A stretch of 62,189 bases of DNA, filler included, from Sphacelaria rigidula (GCA_964200075.2; 10 parts of 10 records of this genome joined end to end with filler, not necessarily neighbours in it); one strand, 5' to 3'; shown: positions 1-12,228, counted from the whole stretch's first letter. Translations and numbers: made by a program. Notes: generated from the sequence alone by a model not told the origin.

Positions 1-650
1 GGTGCTCCGTCTCGAAAGGGATGCGTGGTCAATGGTCAAACGACTAAGGCAAGCAACAAATGAGTACGCCCCCATCGTTAAGCGACACCTTGGGAAAACA
101 AAAAACGATCGACTTGAGGATAATAACTGGAGAAAAGGGCTTCGATCAATGAACTGCCGGGAGACAACGGAAGAAGAAGTCTGACCGAAATTGAAAAACC
201 CTCCGTGTAATGTTAGCCTTGTGCAAAAGTCCCTCCTCTACGAAGAGACATGGCTGACATCGACCGTTAATCAAGGAATAGCGGCCGGTCAGTTTTCCGG
301 AGTTTCTTGCCTTGGCAACTCAAAAAAGTGCGTACCAATTCACCCTTTATGTTTCAAACAAGATAGTGCATACTACACGACAACAATACATGTTTGTAAT
401 ACTTGTATGGATCACTCGTACTCTTCAGCGATATCATTGGATGGCATGGCGATTTTTCTGGCAGCACTTACAGTGCCGTCCCGCTCATAAGAAACGTTTT
501 TGTAAGAAATTGAGCCTCAGATTTTCGAACACTAAGAAATTCACCGGAAGAAATTGAGCTCAAAAGATGGGACATAGTAAGAGATGAAGCTGCAGGAAAT
601 CGATCAATATGGTGCAAACGAGCGTTCAGCATGAAACGGTGGTTGTATTC

Positions 651-916
651 GACGATGTAGGACGTACGCGCAGAGAAAATATATATGTACTTTTGTATGC
701 TGTACGTCTTCTGCCCCGTGTCTCAGCTTCAGTACCACTGTCAGTTGGAACAGTTGGTCATCGCAGCTAGCTTGCCGCAACTGCCAGAGACACGAGTACA
801 AATAGTGTCACCAGCAACTAGTAGCTTTCAACCAGCAGCGGCCTACTGGTTTAAGCAGCACAAGTAGGTAGGAGTAGGTGAGAGCTAGCGCGCTTCGCAG
901 AGGATCGATCGACTTT
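651..916 (+). repeat. Terminal direct repeat A1 of the YR element
   Basis: Aligns colinearly with 4998-5262 (gacgatgtaggacgt...gatcgacttt), roughly 85% identical by eye. Ends 5 bp before the gag ATG. Confidence 0.93.
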
Positions 917-921
917 ATATC

Positions 922-2580
922 ATGTCCGGCATGAACGTGGGCGCGGCTCAGGACGACGGAGATGAAAACCTGGCACCACAAGGGAATGGAATGCCCGGGG
1001 TAGGGGCCGGCGGACCTCCCATAGGCGACAGCGGGAGCCAGGCGCAACAAGACGGCGAGGTGGCGGTCTTGTGCAATGAATCACACGAGGCAGCGGCAGC
1101 GGCAGCCGCAGCCGTGGGCACCAACGACCAACTCCAGGGCATACCGCAAGCGCCCGTGATGTCCCAGCAGACATTTCAACAACACGTGCTGGCTGCCTTG
1201 GCAAAGCTGACCAACCGCCTACAGGCCGTCGGGCATCATGATCAGCCGTAGTCGCTACAACTCCCGCAGGCACACTTGCAGCAACCCCCACTACAGATCG
1301 GGAGCAGGTGGCAACAACCCCCTCACCCGCGCAGGTCCTCACACCCGCACAGGTAGCAGCAGCCGGCGCTCAAGCGGCGGCACAACGGACCGCGGCCGAA
1401 CAGGCGGGCATAAAAGCAAACGCAAAAAGTGCTGTCGACTCGTGGCGGGCGACGACTGGGCCCATGTTTTTTCCCCTGAGAGGAGGTTTCGACGTGAATG
1501 AAAACCTCACCCTCCACCTCCAGCAACTAATGCTAAAGGAGGTGGCGCACGTTACGCAGACATCCGCCCTTCAGCTGCAGCATTTGGCCAATTTCCAGAC
1601 AAACGATTTAAAATAAACGGTGTCATCAGGCTCGACTCCTATGGACATGCCGGCCGATTTGCATGTTCGCACTTTCGTGGCGCCCCTGTTCACGGTTCTG
1701 CTTACCCCCATGGAGCACGCCCTCGACCTGTACAAGACACGCACGCGCGCTCTCCAGTCAGAGTTCGAGTCAGTCGTCACCCAGGTACGGGAGTACACCG
1801 AATACCACTACACCTCATTATAGAGCGACGGTCCGGGTCATATTCTTACAGCCATGGACGCCGGCATCGAGGATTTTGTTTTTTTCCGGGTGGCAGTGCA
1901 GGCACAACAGCTCCGGAGGGCGTAGCCGGCCGCCGTCCCGCCGTCGACGATGGGAGAGCCGGTAGCGGCGCCGGCGTTTACAAAACTGAAAGCCCTCGTC
2001 ACCGAGGACGGGCCCAACAGCCTCGCCGAAAATCAGCATTCTGGCCGGTCGGGAAGGGAAAACTCACCAAGAAACGAAAAGCGACGACGCCGGCAGGCAC
2101 CGCAGCTCCGCCTCCTTCGAGCAACACCACCCCGGCTGGACCCCCGTCGGCCTTCGCGCATAAACAATTCCAGTGGCAAACCCCAAATGATGTCTGTGTG
2201 TACCACTGACAAAACCAACCGTGTACGCGAACAAACTGCAGGTTTTCTCATAACATTGTATCTCCACTGGCGACCGGGCAGGCGCAGGTTACGCCGATGC
2301 CAACAGCGCCGGCGCCAGCTCAAAACAGCGATACTTCCCGCGCCTCCGCCGCCCCCGTCAAACCCGGTACAGCACACAGTATCGCGGGTACACCGACTGC
2401 CCACTCAGCAACAGCAGCAACCGACTCCCGCCCCGGTATCGGTAGCACGCTATTCCCAAAGATACGGAGGGCGCAGCGCTGGAAGGGGGGGAGGCACCGC
2501 CGGCGGGAGAGAAAATGGGAGCGGATGAGGGCGCCGGCTCTGCCCACCGGCAGGGATGACATCAACAGGAGAAGCGGGTA
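922..2580 (+). pseudogene. gag-like ORF of the YR retroelement (stops and frameshifts)
   Basis: Chained ORF pieces 922-1251, 1308-1616, 1620-1823 and 1950 onward. CCCH finger CVYH*QNQPCTRTNCRFSH at about 2194-2250. Confidence 0.75.
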
Positions 2581-2934
2581 GCGACGTGAACACCATGTTT
2601 TCGGCCGCCTTTAGCCCGTGGGACGTATCGGGAAACCTTCACCTGGATCGGTCCCAGCGACCGTGTTTCATGATGAAGGAAGTCGCAAGCAGACAGTGGT
2701 AACGGTGCCTTGCGACTCGGGTTGTGAGCACATGGGGAATCAGGGATACGAAAGAAATGGGGTATCAGTGTGCCCTCGCCAGTATGTCACGTCTGTTGGT
2801 GCGGGACGTGATCACGTAACCCGCCAGATAACAGACACCCACTCAGTTTCGCTCTCACCGGGAGTCAGCGTAGCACCGCCCACAACAGTAATCCCCGGAA
2901 CGTTGGGAAAAGCCACGTTAGTTTCGCATGCATC

Positions 2935-3255
2935 GGGGGCCAGGTACCCCTTAAGTGACCACGGGGCCAGTTACCCCCTCAGTGACCATGAGGCCAGTTA
3001 CCCCTTCAGTGACTATGGGGCCAGTTACTCCTTCCTACCATGGGGCCAGTCACCGCTTCAGTGACCATAGGGCCAGTTACACCCCCACCTATCGCGGGGC
3101 CAATTACCCCTCCAATGATCACGGAGTCAGTTATCCCATCAGTAACCGTTGGGTTAGTTGCCGCCTCAGTGAGTACGGGGCCAGTTACCCCTTCAGCGAC
3201 CTAGGGGCTCGTTACCCCGCTAGTAATCCCTCAACTGACCAAGGGGCCAGTAGTT
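2935..3255 (+). repeat. 27-bp tandem repeat (about 11 degenerate units, ggggccagttaccccttcagtgaccat, encoding GASYPFSDH)
   Basis: Visible in the DNA and in ORFs 2618-3064 and 2955-3431. Confidence 0.92.
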
Positions 3256-3602
3256 CCGCGTCCGGTGTAGAACAGAACACATGCGTATCACACGTTGGTT
3301 TTCAGTCTGGCGGGTCGGCGGCGATGCCGTTTCCTGATGGGGGAGACGAGTCGGCGCAGTCATACGCGGAACTAGTAGCACTGTGGTATTCAGAAAACTT
3401 AGAGCTGGAAAAATCAGGCATCACAGCCTGAGATTTTCAAGAAAAAGAATATGTATACGAAGCATACAGCTATCCACATATAAATGTGTGTTTACCCCTC
3501 CTCCGACAGATGTAGGTATGGGGTCACTGGATAAGACATCTCCCCCCCCCCCCCCCCCCTCCTGCAGGAACAGGAGAAACCGGAGGGCACAGCAGGGAGG
3601 AG

Positions 3603-4641
3603 GTAGCGCGTTTGATTCAGGCACTGGTGCTGGGGGGCGTTGGGGGTAGCACCTACAAGACGTAGAAGGCGCGTTTTTTAGCGTGGGAAAAAATGCGCAA
3701 TGCACAAGGAAAATCATCATGGCTGACTGAAAACGATAACCTGGATGACGTGATCAATGCACTGACCGAATTCGTGGCTATGCGATGTTTCGTACACAAC
3801 AACCAACAATCCACCGTAAGAGCGGGTACCTTGCCGCCATCAAGTATTTTCATAAAGCGTATTTCGGATGGGATTCACCTTCAGCGCACGGCATGATTCG
3901 GGCCGTAGGAAAAGGGACCAATAGAGTACACGGATCGACTCAAGGGAAACCACACATCTGGCGGCCGTTGACTTGGGCGTTGGTAAAACAAGGGCGACAG
4001 ACAGTAATCGAGGACCCGGACGGTATTCTATGACTAGGCCTCGCGCTCTCGTACTTTCTGCTGTGCAGGGCATCCGAGTTGTGGACGTACCCCGACAGTA
4101 CTGTGTCTGTTTAACCCGCAACTGCATTGTTTTGCTTTTTCGGGGAGAGGTACACTTAGATTTTGTGAACCGCGTGTTTGCGAACCAAATGAAAATTCGT
4201 TTCGTTGCCGCCAAATCCGACCAAAGAAGAACAGGCTTCATCATTACGAGAACAAGGATAGTTGGCTCGGTTCGATCGGGTGGAATACCGGCGGGAGCGT
4301 TCGAGGCGCTGTTAGATTTGTTGGACGTGCACCCACAACTGCCAGGTCAGGCATCTCTGACCACGAGAGCCACGCCGACGGGATGGAAGGCATTTACTCG
4401 GATTGAAGCGGTAATTGCCCTAAGGACCATCGTCGATCGTGCGGGTAGAGATCCGTCCCAATACGCTTTACATTCAGGCAGGATAGGTGGGGTCACACAA
4501 CGAGCGGCTCGACGAATCCCTGAACGGCAGATCCAACGAGCAGGGCGGTAGAAGTCGAGGGTGTTCACGGCATACATCAGGGACGCGAGGGAGGGTGCAG
4601 AGGGCGTCTCCACCGCGCTAAGGGAACAGAGAGTAGGGTAG
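3603..4641 (+). pseudogene. Tyrosine recombinase (DIRS/Ngaro-type), disabled
   Basis: N-terminus VARLIQALVLGGVGGSTYKT*KARFLAW, then GYLAAIKYFH, RPLTW, KSDQ, YALHSGRIGG (HxxR box) and AGR*KSRVFTAYIR (GRW changed to TAG; catalytic Tyr retained). Confidence 0.93.
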
Positions 4642-4997
4642 CCAGAAGTACAAGAGTAGGAGGTAACATGATACACGACGATCAATCAGGCTTGCCTGAC
4701 AGGAGAGAGCTGGATAGCTGCGCAGGGGATAGCAATAACATAACCGTCAGCGCCGATTTTCGGATTAGCCTGATTAATAGTACGTAGTGGTTGATGAGTT
4801 CATGGGGGGAAAAGCACAGAGTGCATATCGCATTGAGTTCGATTTGTTTGGTTGCGGATATTTTCATTAGTGGTAATTCTCGCGGGGCACTGCTGTACGC
4901 AGAAAACGGGACAACACATGATACCAGAATTCTTGAGCCAAGGCAAAATCTAGCGTTCAGTATGAAAGCGGTGTTTGCGGAGGCGTGTGTGAATTCT

Positions 4998-5262
4998 GAC
5001 GATGTAGGACGTGCGCGCAGAAAAATATATACGTGATTTAATATGATGTACGTCTTCTGCCCCGTTTCTCAGCTTCAGTGCCGCTGTCACTTAGGGAAGT
5101 TGGCCATTGCAGCTAGCTTACCGCAACTTCCAGGGACGCGAGTACGGATAGTGTCACCAGCAACGAACAGCCTTCACCCAACAGAGGCCTAGTGGTTTAA
5201 GCAGCACAAGTAGATAGGAGTAGGTGAGAGCTAGCGCGCTTCGCAGAGGGTTGATCGACTTT
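4998..5262 (+). repeat. Terminal direct repeat A2 of the YR element
   Basis: Second copy of 651-916; not followed by gag. Confidence 0.93.
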
Positions 5263-5494
5263 CCCATCCACCGCCCCGTTTCTCAGGAAAGGGTGCAACT
5301 AGGGTGCAAAAAGTGGATCGATGACTGTTTGGAGTAGCGCTACCGTGATAGTGGGGGAAGAGGTGGATAGCTCCGCGGGGGATACAGTAGTGGGCGGGCT
5401 AACTATTTAGGGGTGTTTTGGGCATTTCCTCGCGTACTACTGTTCGATAAAACTCGAAATTGCTAGCGTCGGTAGATTTTGTTACAATAAATAA

Positions 5495-5885
5495 ATCATC
5501 CTCGAAACACAGTGCCCAAGTCAGTGTCAGTTGGTATTATCGGGCGAAACGAGTAAAAATCCCGTTCATCAGGAGGGTGTTATTGACCGGGAAACGCAGT
5601 TTTTAGGTCCTATAATAGTTCAATGAGGAGGCAGAATTCCTAAAAAATAAAACTGTACATTTCTTCACAAATATGATCGGGACAGGCTCGATCGACCAAA
5701 AGTACAGAAGAATTAGGATCTGGGCTGAAACGTGACAGGACCCTCGATGACTGGTCAGCCCATAAGTCACTCCATATTTGAGTACATATGTTTTTTTCCT
5801 TGGAATGTGGAGCGGATACAAATATCTTCAGATACCCGATGTGATAAGCGATGGCAACCGAAAAGAGCCCGAGAAAATCGCCAAT
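5495..5885. repeat. Interspersed repeat; uninterrupted copy of the repeat at about 26730-27325 (reverse orientation)
   Basis: Reverse-complement alignment, e.g. ccttggaatgtggagcggataca vs tgtattcgctccacattccaagg, and aggagggtgttattgacc vs ggtcaataaaaccctcct. Confidence 0.85.
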
Positions 5886-6130
5886 TATGCAAAAACCACA
5901 AAATGCCCCGAGCAATTCTACGGTGGGGGTGCACTTTTTTCGCGAGATTTTGTCTGGTTCATGGGCTCCTAACGATTCTAGACGCACAAGAAAATGGGTC
6001 AGGGCATCCCCGTTTGCAGATTGATTCGGGACATCCCCACAACATTGGAATAGTAATCCTCGCGTACTCTCGCATATTTTCGTAAGTCTTCTTTTGGATG
6101 AGATGAAGGGCTCCTAACAATTCTAACCTC

Positions 6131-6230
6131 NNNNNNNNNNNNNNNNNNNNNNNNNNNNNNNNNNNNNNNNNNNNTTAATTAATTAANNNNNNNNNNNNNN
6201 NNNNNNNNNNNNNNNNNNNNNNNNNNNNNN
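6131..6230. other. Artificial contig spacer N44-TTAATTAATTAA-N44 (same spacer at 12360-12459, 18589-18688, 24818-24917, 31047-31146, 37276-37375, 43505-43604, 49734-49833, 55962-56061)
   Basis: An identical 100-bp spacer with stops in all six frames occurs nine times. The intervening contigs are 6130, 6129 (x7) and 6128 (x2) bp, i.e. size-sorted. Confidence 0.99.
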
Positions 6231-6372
6231 TGGGGTATTAAAAACAAAGAAAAAAGAAAAAACTCCTGTGTTGACCTTCCTCCTGTGTGACCCCGGCTGC
6301 TGCGCCCACACATACCGAAAGGTGTAGACTGGTGCCCAGAATAAATCGGACGACAACACAACACAACACACA
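6231..6372 (+). mobile_element. 3' half of tRNA-derived SINE family 1
   Basis: ccttcctcctgtgtgaccccggctg...ggacgacaacaca tail shared with the copies at 15978, 24013 and 37376. Confidence 0.88.
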
Positions 6373-7348
6373 TTGCACTATTAACGGCCCCCGTTTGTAT
6401 CCTGCATCACATAAGCCTATTGGCGTCATCTTCCCGTGCTACAATCCCGTCTTACCTTTGTAGCAGACATCTGCTGGCTCTGAAAGAACAGGGGGCGATA
6501 TCCTCCTGCACCAACCCCAATCACGAAGCAGAACAACGATCAGATCGTCAGGAGACTTTCCACTCGGAAAGTTGGAGTTCGCTGGCCACGATGGAATTCG
6601 CACCCATGAAGGTTATAAACAGCAATGGCGACTTGGACATGAGACGAAGAGCACCCCGTGCTAGTCCTCGGGTGTCCAAGATTGATATTGACGACTCGGA
6701 GCCTCCGGCGGTTCCATTACAAGACCAGGAGACCATGAACGTGTTCCTTCTCCTCAAGATTGTAAGTCGCGCATCACGAGAACGTCGATTGATATTACAC
6801 TGTACCACTGTGATCACAGAAGATCGCACTATCATAGTCTGGATACACATTGCCGACAATGAAACGACAGTATTCAGAAGCCTGCTACTATGTCCAACTT
6901 AAGTACTATTAACAACACGGGTACGCTGGATGTCATTTTTTGCTATTCTATCTCTGGGATAGAATGGAGAGATATTTGAGTCACGAAACACTTTTTGCGG
7001 GGCTTCTTCCGTACAGGAAGGCAACGTGTACCGGTGTAAGGGGTGATGCTATCCTCCGTGTTTACGAGAACTCAAGGTGCCCGCTTGACACAAATCCAAT
7101 AGAAGATAGGGGGGAAAAAAACCGAAAGTACAAAGTACTCTCACATGTTATTGGGTTTTTAACAAGCGGCCGTCTTCGACCCGTAATAGCGGGCTGGACT
7201 CATCAATCAATGGGGTGACGCAACGAGTATAGACAGGTCGCAGCGAGACGCCGTGGTCCAGGCTAAATAACGCCGTATGAGATTCCAAAATCAAAACACC
7301 AAAACAAACGCAACGCCAATCCTGACTGGATCTGGCCTGAGAATTGTT

Positions 7349-7544
7349 CACACCCTGGACAATATATGATCAATAGATGCAATAGACGAGAAGTGTACTG
7401 CATGAAGTATAGGTCTATTGCGACTATTGCCGGCCGACAATAGTCGCAACAGACCTATACTTCATGCAGTACGTTTCTTGTCTATTGCAACTATTGAGCA
7501 TATATCGTCCAAGGGGGCGTACTCATTATATCGTCCAAGGGGTG
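7349..7544. mobile_element. Foldback MITE with 8-bp TSD
   Basis: Palindrome of about 160 bp (7353-7515) centred on ccggccg. Termini cacaccctggac / gtccaaggggtg. gaattgtt duplicated at 7341-7348 and 7545-7552. Confidence 0.85.
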
Positions 7545-9329
7545 GAATTGTTGCACGGGCTGAGGGTTCATATTGTTCAATATAGTTTATCCACGAACAG
7601 AAGCCAGAAGCATGAGCGGGGAAAATGCCGGGTGTTCGGTTATTCTGGCAAAGTGACTGAGAACGTTCGTTGTGATTGGATAAAAGCAAATTGACTCGAC
7701 TTCCTGTTTTTTGGGCAGTGTATCGCGGATCTTGCGACGCCGTAGATTTCGGATCGTAGGCTGTCGTGACAGGGTAGTGATCTACGCCCTACTCCCTCAC
7801 TCGTCTCCCTCACCTCTCTTCACCCAGTTTCTTACGTGTGGATAGTAATAAGAAAGACTTACAACGCATAATCTTCTTCTCAGCTACTGCAAGGGGGCAG
7901 TAAGCTGTTCCAACACACAGCAAGGGGCTGTTGTTGCTGCAAGATCATCTGGTCAACACGATTACTCGAATACATGTTGCCATACTCTTGGCTTGCCATA
8001 CTCTTGGCTTGCCATACTACAGCCAATGAAGAGGTTTCATGGTTGAAATACATACTTCGAATAGATGGTGAGGGTGCTTCTCACAAACTGGGCGGATGTG
8101 TATCAGACCGGGCAGACGTGGGGCGGATGTGTACGTTTTCAATGGATGGGTGCGTTATTGCTCATGTTGGTGTGCTCTCGTCGCAGGTAATATGGTAGTG
8201 GCGATAGAGAATACTCGCATCATTAAGGCAGAGGGGGTGCATGCCACGCGAGTGGCCACTGGTGTGCGCTATGCGCACTTTGAAGCGGAACCTAGGTTAG
8301 GATGCATCTTGGATTTCGGGGGAAAGTGTGTACAGCGTGAATCGGATTGTTATCGCATTCATCGTCACTTTGTATAACATTAGCAAACCCGCCCATTGGC
8401 TGGAACATGTGTTTTGCGAGCAGGTACATGTCCATAGCCTAGGGACGTTTCAAGATGCGGATTACGTGGCGTAAGCGGCCACCCGTGCAACCGTACACCC
8501 TCGTACACTTTTGCTCGCCAAACCCGATACTGCAGCAACACCTTTTTTTCTGATGACGGCGGCCATGGATATATTTTAACCGGTTGATGGTTACCGAGTC
8601 ATCGGTAGGCATGGCGATTTGCTGCTGTGATAATATTGGCGAGAGAGAAACTACTTGAACGATCTTGGTATTTTGCTTCGGTTGTTCTCTCCGTGTTTCC
8701 TCTTATTGTCCCTCCCCCGAGTTTTCTGTAGCGAGTATTCGCTTGTTCTCATCTTCTGCAAATAGATCCCTCTTGAATCACGGCTACGATCTGAGTGGTG
8801 TAGATCCGTACATGTGCGAGATTCAATCATTCAAACAACCCATAATCGGTAAATACCTCATAACAACAATGATATATATCGTCGATGCTCTTCACCTGGC
8901 TATTGTGGGGCTAACACGAAGATGTATCAAAAGCTCGTCGAGCAACAAACTTCGCATGTTATGATGGCAGCTAGCGTTATCCATTGGATAGTGTCGGTGT
9001 GCCCAGCAGTACGTTGACATTTTCCATCAAATTGTACCCACGGAACGTGCCTGACTCGGATATCAACAGGGATTTTTTTCAATCCATTATTTGTACGATA
9101 TTCGTTTCGTTTTTACAAGGAACATTTCAGCGGCTGCGGCGATTCGTCAAGATCACTTTCGGACGGAGCTTTGGATTTTCTTCTTTGAAATCCATGTTTT
9201 CAGAGCGATGCACTTGCTTTCAGACCCGCCCATCCGGCCTGGTCTTTTCACGCCATGGCGACCTCTTCATATGACTCTTCTATTATTATTGATTGTTTTA
9301 TTGCACCCGTTCATCTGAGCTCAGGTTAC

Positions 9330-11500
9330 GTTGATGTCTGCGATCTACGTGTCGGGCAGCACGTGGGCTTTTCACTACCGCCCGGACACGGGAGACATTT
9401 GCCCCTACAGGTAATTGCACGGTTTGATCACCACATCTTGAACCGCATTTTTGTTTTTTGACCATTCAGTTTGACAAAAACAAGAATCGCGGAAAATTCT
9501 GTGAGATGCCGCAAGAGTTTTATGCCGCAATCCAGGACTGGAACAAAAAACGGGAGGAGTGGGCCAAAGATGTGCATGGCTTCCATAATCAATAGATGTG
9601 AAATCTGTGCACTGCGCAGTAGAACTTGTCCAAACGCCAAGACGACTTTACCCTTGTTGGCACAGTTTTTTCTCCCTCACACACTGAACCGACTATAGTT
9701 GCAAAATAAAGGCCGGACAATGCTGAACGTATTCTGAGCACCATTCACGGGTTCATGTGGAAACGTAGCCTCCCCGCCCAGCAATATATGAATGTGCAAT
9801 ATGTACCTTCGCAGGGAAATTTGTGCAACAACATGGCCTGAGAAGATTTTGCTGACCTTCTCGAGACTCTCGGCGGGTGCGTTGTTTTCCGCGTTAGCTG
9901 TCGCGGTGCTTTCCAAATGCTACTCCACGAAGGCCTTCTTTCACCATTCGTGGTTGGGCGCTATCATCGACATCGAACCTTCTCACGACATGCATACCTG
10001 TGAGCGTGTATTCGGTTTCTTCTCGTCAAGACCCTGGACAAACGGTATTGATTGCTAGCTAGTCAGACACTGGTCTCGGTAGAAATGTACCTTTTGGACG
10101 ATGTGGTGAATACTGTGACTTACCTGGCATGTCAACCGCAGATCCCGAGGAGTGTAACAGTGCGGACGGTGCCGTTGGAGGAATTCCTTGGTAGCGTTGG
10201 AGATGGCGAATCAAGCTTGCGTTGCTTGCACCAAATTTGCGGCTATTGTCCAACGTTTATTCCGACTAATGTGTCATGGATGCAGAACCGGACAGTATGA
10301 ACAGTGCTTGATCGCGGAATACTGCGTGCCAATTCCATCCATCTCACCTCGTTCTGTGCTTCGAACCGTTTCGCAATCTTTCACTGTGAACTATTTCGAA
10401 TATGATGTATACGCCATGTGGGGTCACGATACTGAGAGCGCCGACGTACAGCGTTAACTACTTGGCATTGTGACCTGTCGTGCGTAGGGTACTAACTTAT
10501 TCCCCTTTTCGGTCGTAAAAGTCTGTGCGGCATTATCCGCGATTTTGAGCGCCTGAGATTCATGAACAAGCAATGCCACACCTTTCAAAAGCGTGACTGA
10601 CAACTCTCTGTACTTTGGTGACCTACCGTGTATGATTGGTCATAACTGCGGTGCGATGCTGTCGAAGACTTCGGCTACATGATGCTCGTAGCCGGAGTGG
10701 AGCACGGTGTTCTTCATATCATCCGCTACTCCATCGGTGGTAATGCTGATCTCTTGCATAAGACGAACAGCGGCCGCTCTGGAGTGATCTGCATGCTTCT
10801 CCTTTTCCCCATCGTACTCCCTATGAAGTTCCAATGGTTCAAGGATAAGGTGAGTGCGATAATGATGCCCATATTCCCTCGAAATTTCAATTAGGTACTC
10901 ATACCCTTGCGCTTTCGGCAACGAAGTCGGATTGTGTATGAACAAATCGAACCCGTCAGTTCCCAACCCAGGAAATTTCCCCGAATTGACCGTTGGTATA
11001 CCAGTTTGACCATCGGGGCGCGGCGATGAGTAGGAAAAATACTTAGCATGTGATCGGTACGTTCTCCATGATAACCAAAGACTTACATGGTGTTCGTCGT
11101 AACTGTTTCGACTGCATTCGCCTCAACAGAGTTGCGGTATTAGAGAGCCTCTTGTGTTCTTTCGCAGCAGAGTACGAGCTGGGCCAGCCTAAAGACGGAT
11201 TTAAGCTCGAAAAGCAATATCTCATCGACACAGACGAGTTAGACCGTGATCCGCATATCGTACTTATTGTCTAACCAAGGGGAGGTGCCCATCTGCTCAA
11301 AAGTTTGGGCCCACATTTTCTCGTTGATTGAACCCCATGTCCAGAAATTCCTTCACCTAACGGAGATGGCGTCTATACTAAAACCGGTATGAAACCCCCG
11401 ATCGATGCAATCAGCGGATGGCGACGAATTTTGGTATGGACACTCTCTGAAGCAAGGTGAGACGATAGATACCATCACCTTCACCCAATTCGCCATCTAT
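9330..11500 (-). pseudogene. Degenerate Academ (AcademX-like: transposase, XPG/PIN, Cys-rich finger) relic
   Basis: Minus-strand motifs in the expected order: FPGLG; IAPQL*PIIHGRSPKYREL...EKGNKLVP; PNHE; RYILHIHILLGG..YVS; QKCGSRCG..TCRGKCLPCPG. Many stops and deletions. Motif recognition by eye only. Confidence 0.5.
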
Positions 11501-11559
11501 CCCGAGATATGGTGCACATAAGTTTCCATACTTGAATCAATATATTACGAGCAAAGGCA

Positions 11560-12228
11560 CTAGATGCCTACATCTGGATATCGCGTCTCAGGTTTTGAGA
11601 GTTGTTCGATGAAATTTCGTGTGGTGAACCGCTAGTGCATAATAAAAAACATGAGAATAGCTTGTTACCTTTTTTCATTTTTCTTCATTTTTTTTCGTGG
11701 TTTTAGTGGATTTTTGAGGAGAAATGAACATTGCTGTCAGGCGTCATCTCAATATTTTAGCTCAATTTTTAGAATATTGATTTGAAACTCAGCTGGAGAA
11801 CCAAAAAAGTGTGCTGAATAAAAAAAATGGACATTCATTTTTTTTAAAATACAGGTCAGGGCGTTCTCGTGAAGAAATGGTCTTTACCACACTAGAACGC
11901 CCTAGACCAGTGAAAAAAACATGAAAAAACTGATCCCCTGAATGTTGTTAATTATGCCTTAGAGAGCGCCCACACAAAATTTCAATACACAACAACCAAT
12001 CGTGGATCGGTGAGTGGCCTTCGAAATACTGTTTCGATTTTCTACCGATCCGGTCCTTACAAAGCCAATGCTCAGCCCAATAGTTAGAGTTGGAGCGTAA
12101 CATTTGGTATTGACAATGCATAGAGCTAGGGCATCAAAAAATAGATTACGCGGGCAACAAAAGGTTTTTTACTTTCGTGACTCAAGAGCAATAATAATCA
12201 GTTTTCAGGCATCAGTTAAATGCCCTTA
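11560..12228. repeat. AT-rich DNA-transposon terminal/subterminal region ending ...tgccc|ttaa
   Basis: Abrupt AT-rich non-coding block with a TTAA-GGGC end on the minus strand. May be the 5' end of the Academ-like relic. Confidence 0.4.

Larger units (their letters stand above)
622..5390 (+). mobile_element. Ngaro/DIRS-order tyrosine-recombinase retrotransposon, degenerate, RT/RNase H absent
   Basis: gag-like ORF with a CCCH finger, then an ORF2 N-terminus, then a tyrosine recombinase. Direct repeat A at 651-916 and 4998-5262; weak repeat B at about 4608-4735 and 5267-5390, giving an A1..B1-A2-B2 layout. Confidence 0.85.

Noticed and set aside
2935..3255. CRISPR-like periodicity
   Set aside because: Head-to-tail 27-bp units without unique spacers, inside a coding frame, and no cas genes.
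6131..6230. Regularly spaced TTAATTAATTAA palindromes every 6.23 kb
   Set aside because: Artificial joining spacers embedded in N runs; no gene neighbourhood across them is meaningful.
6591..6761. Possible first exon (gccacgATGG...att|gtaagt)
   Set aside because: Plausible signals but no recognisable domain or partner exon; needs RNA-seq.
9460..11274. Plus-strand transposase reading of contig 2
   Set aside because: Some plus frames look protein-like but carry many stops. The minus strand gives a more coherent domain order, so the plus reading is treated as an antisense shadow, though not fully excluded.
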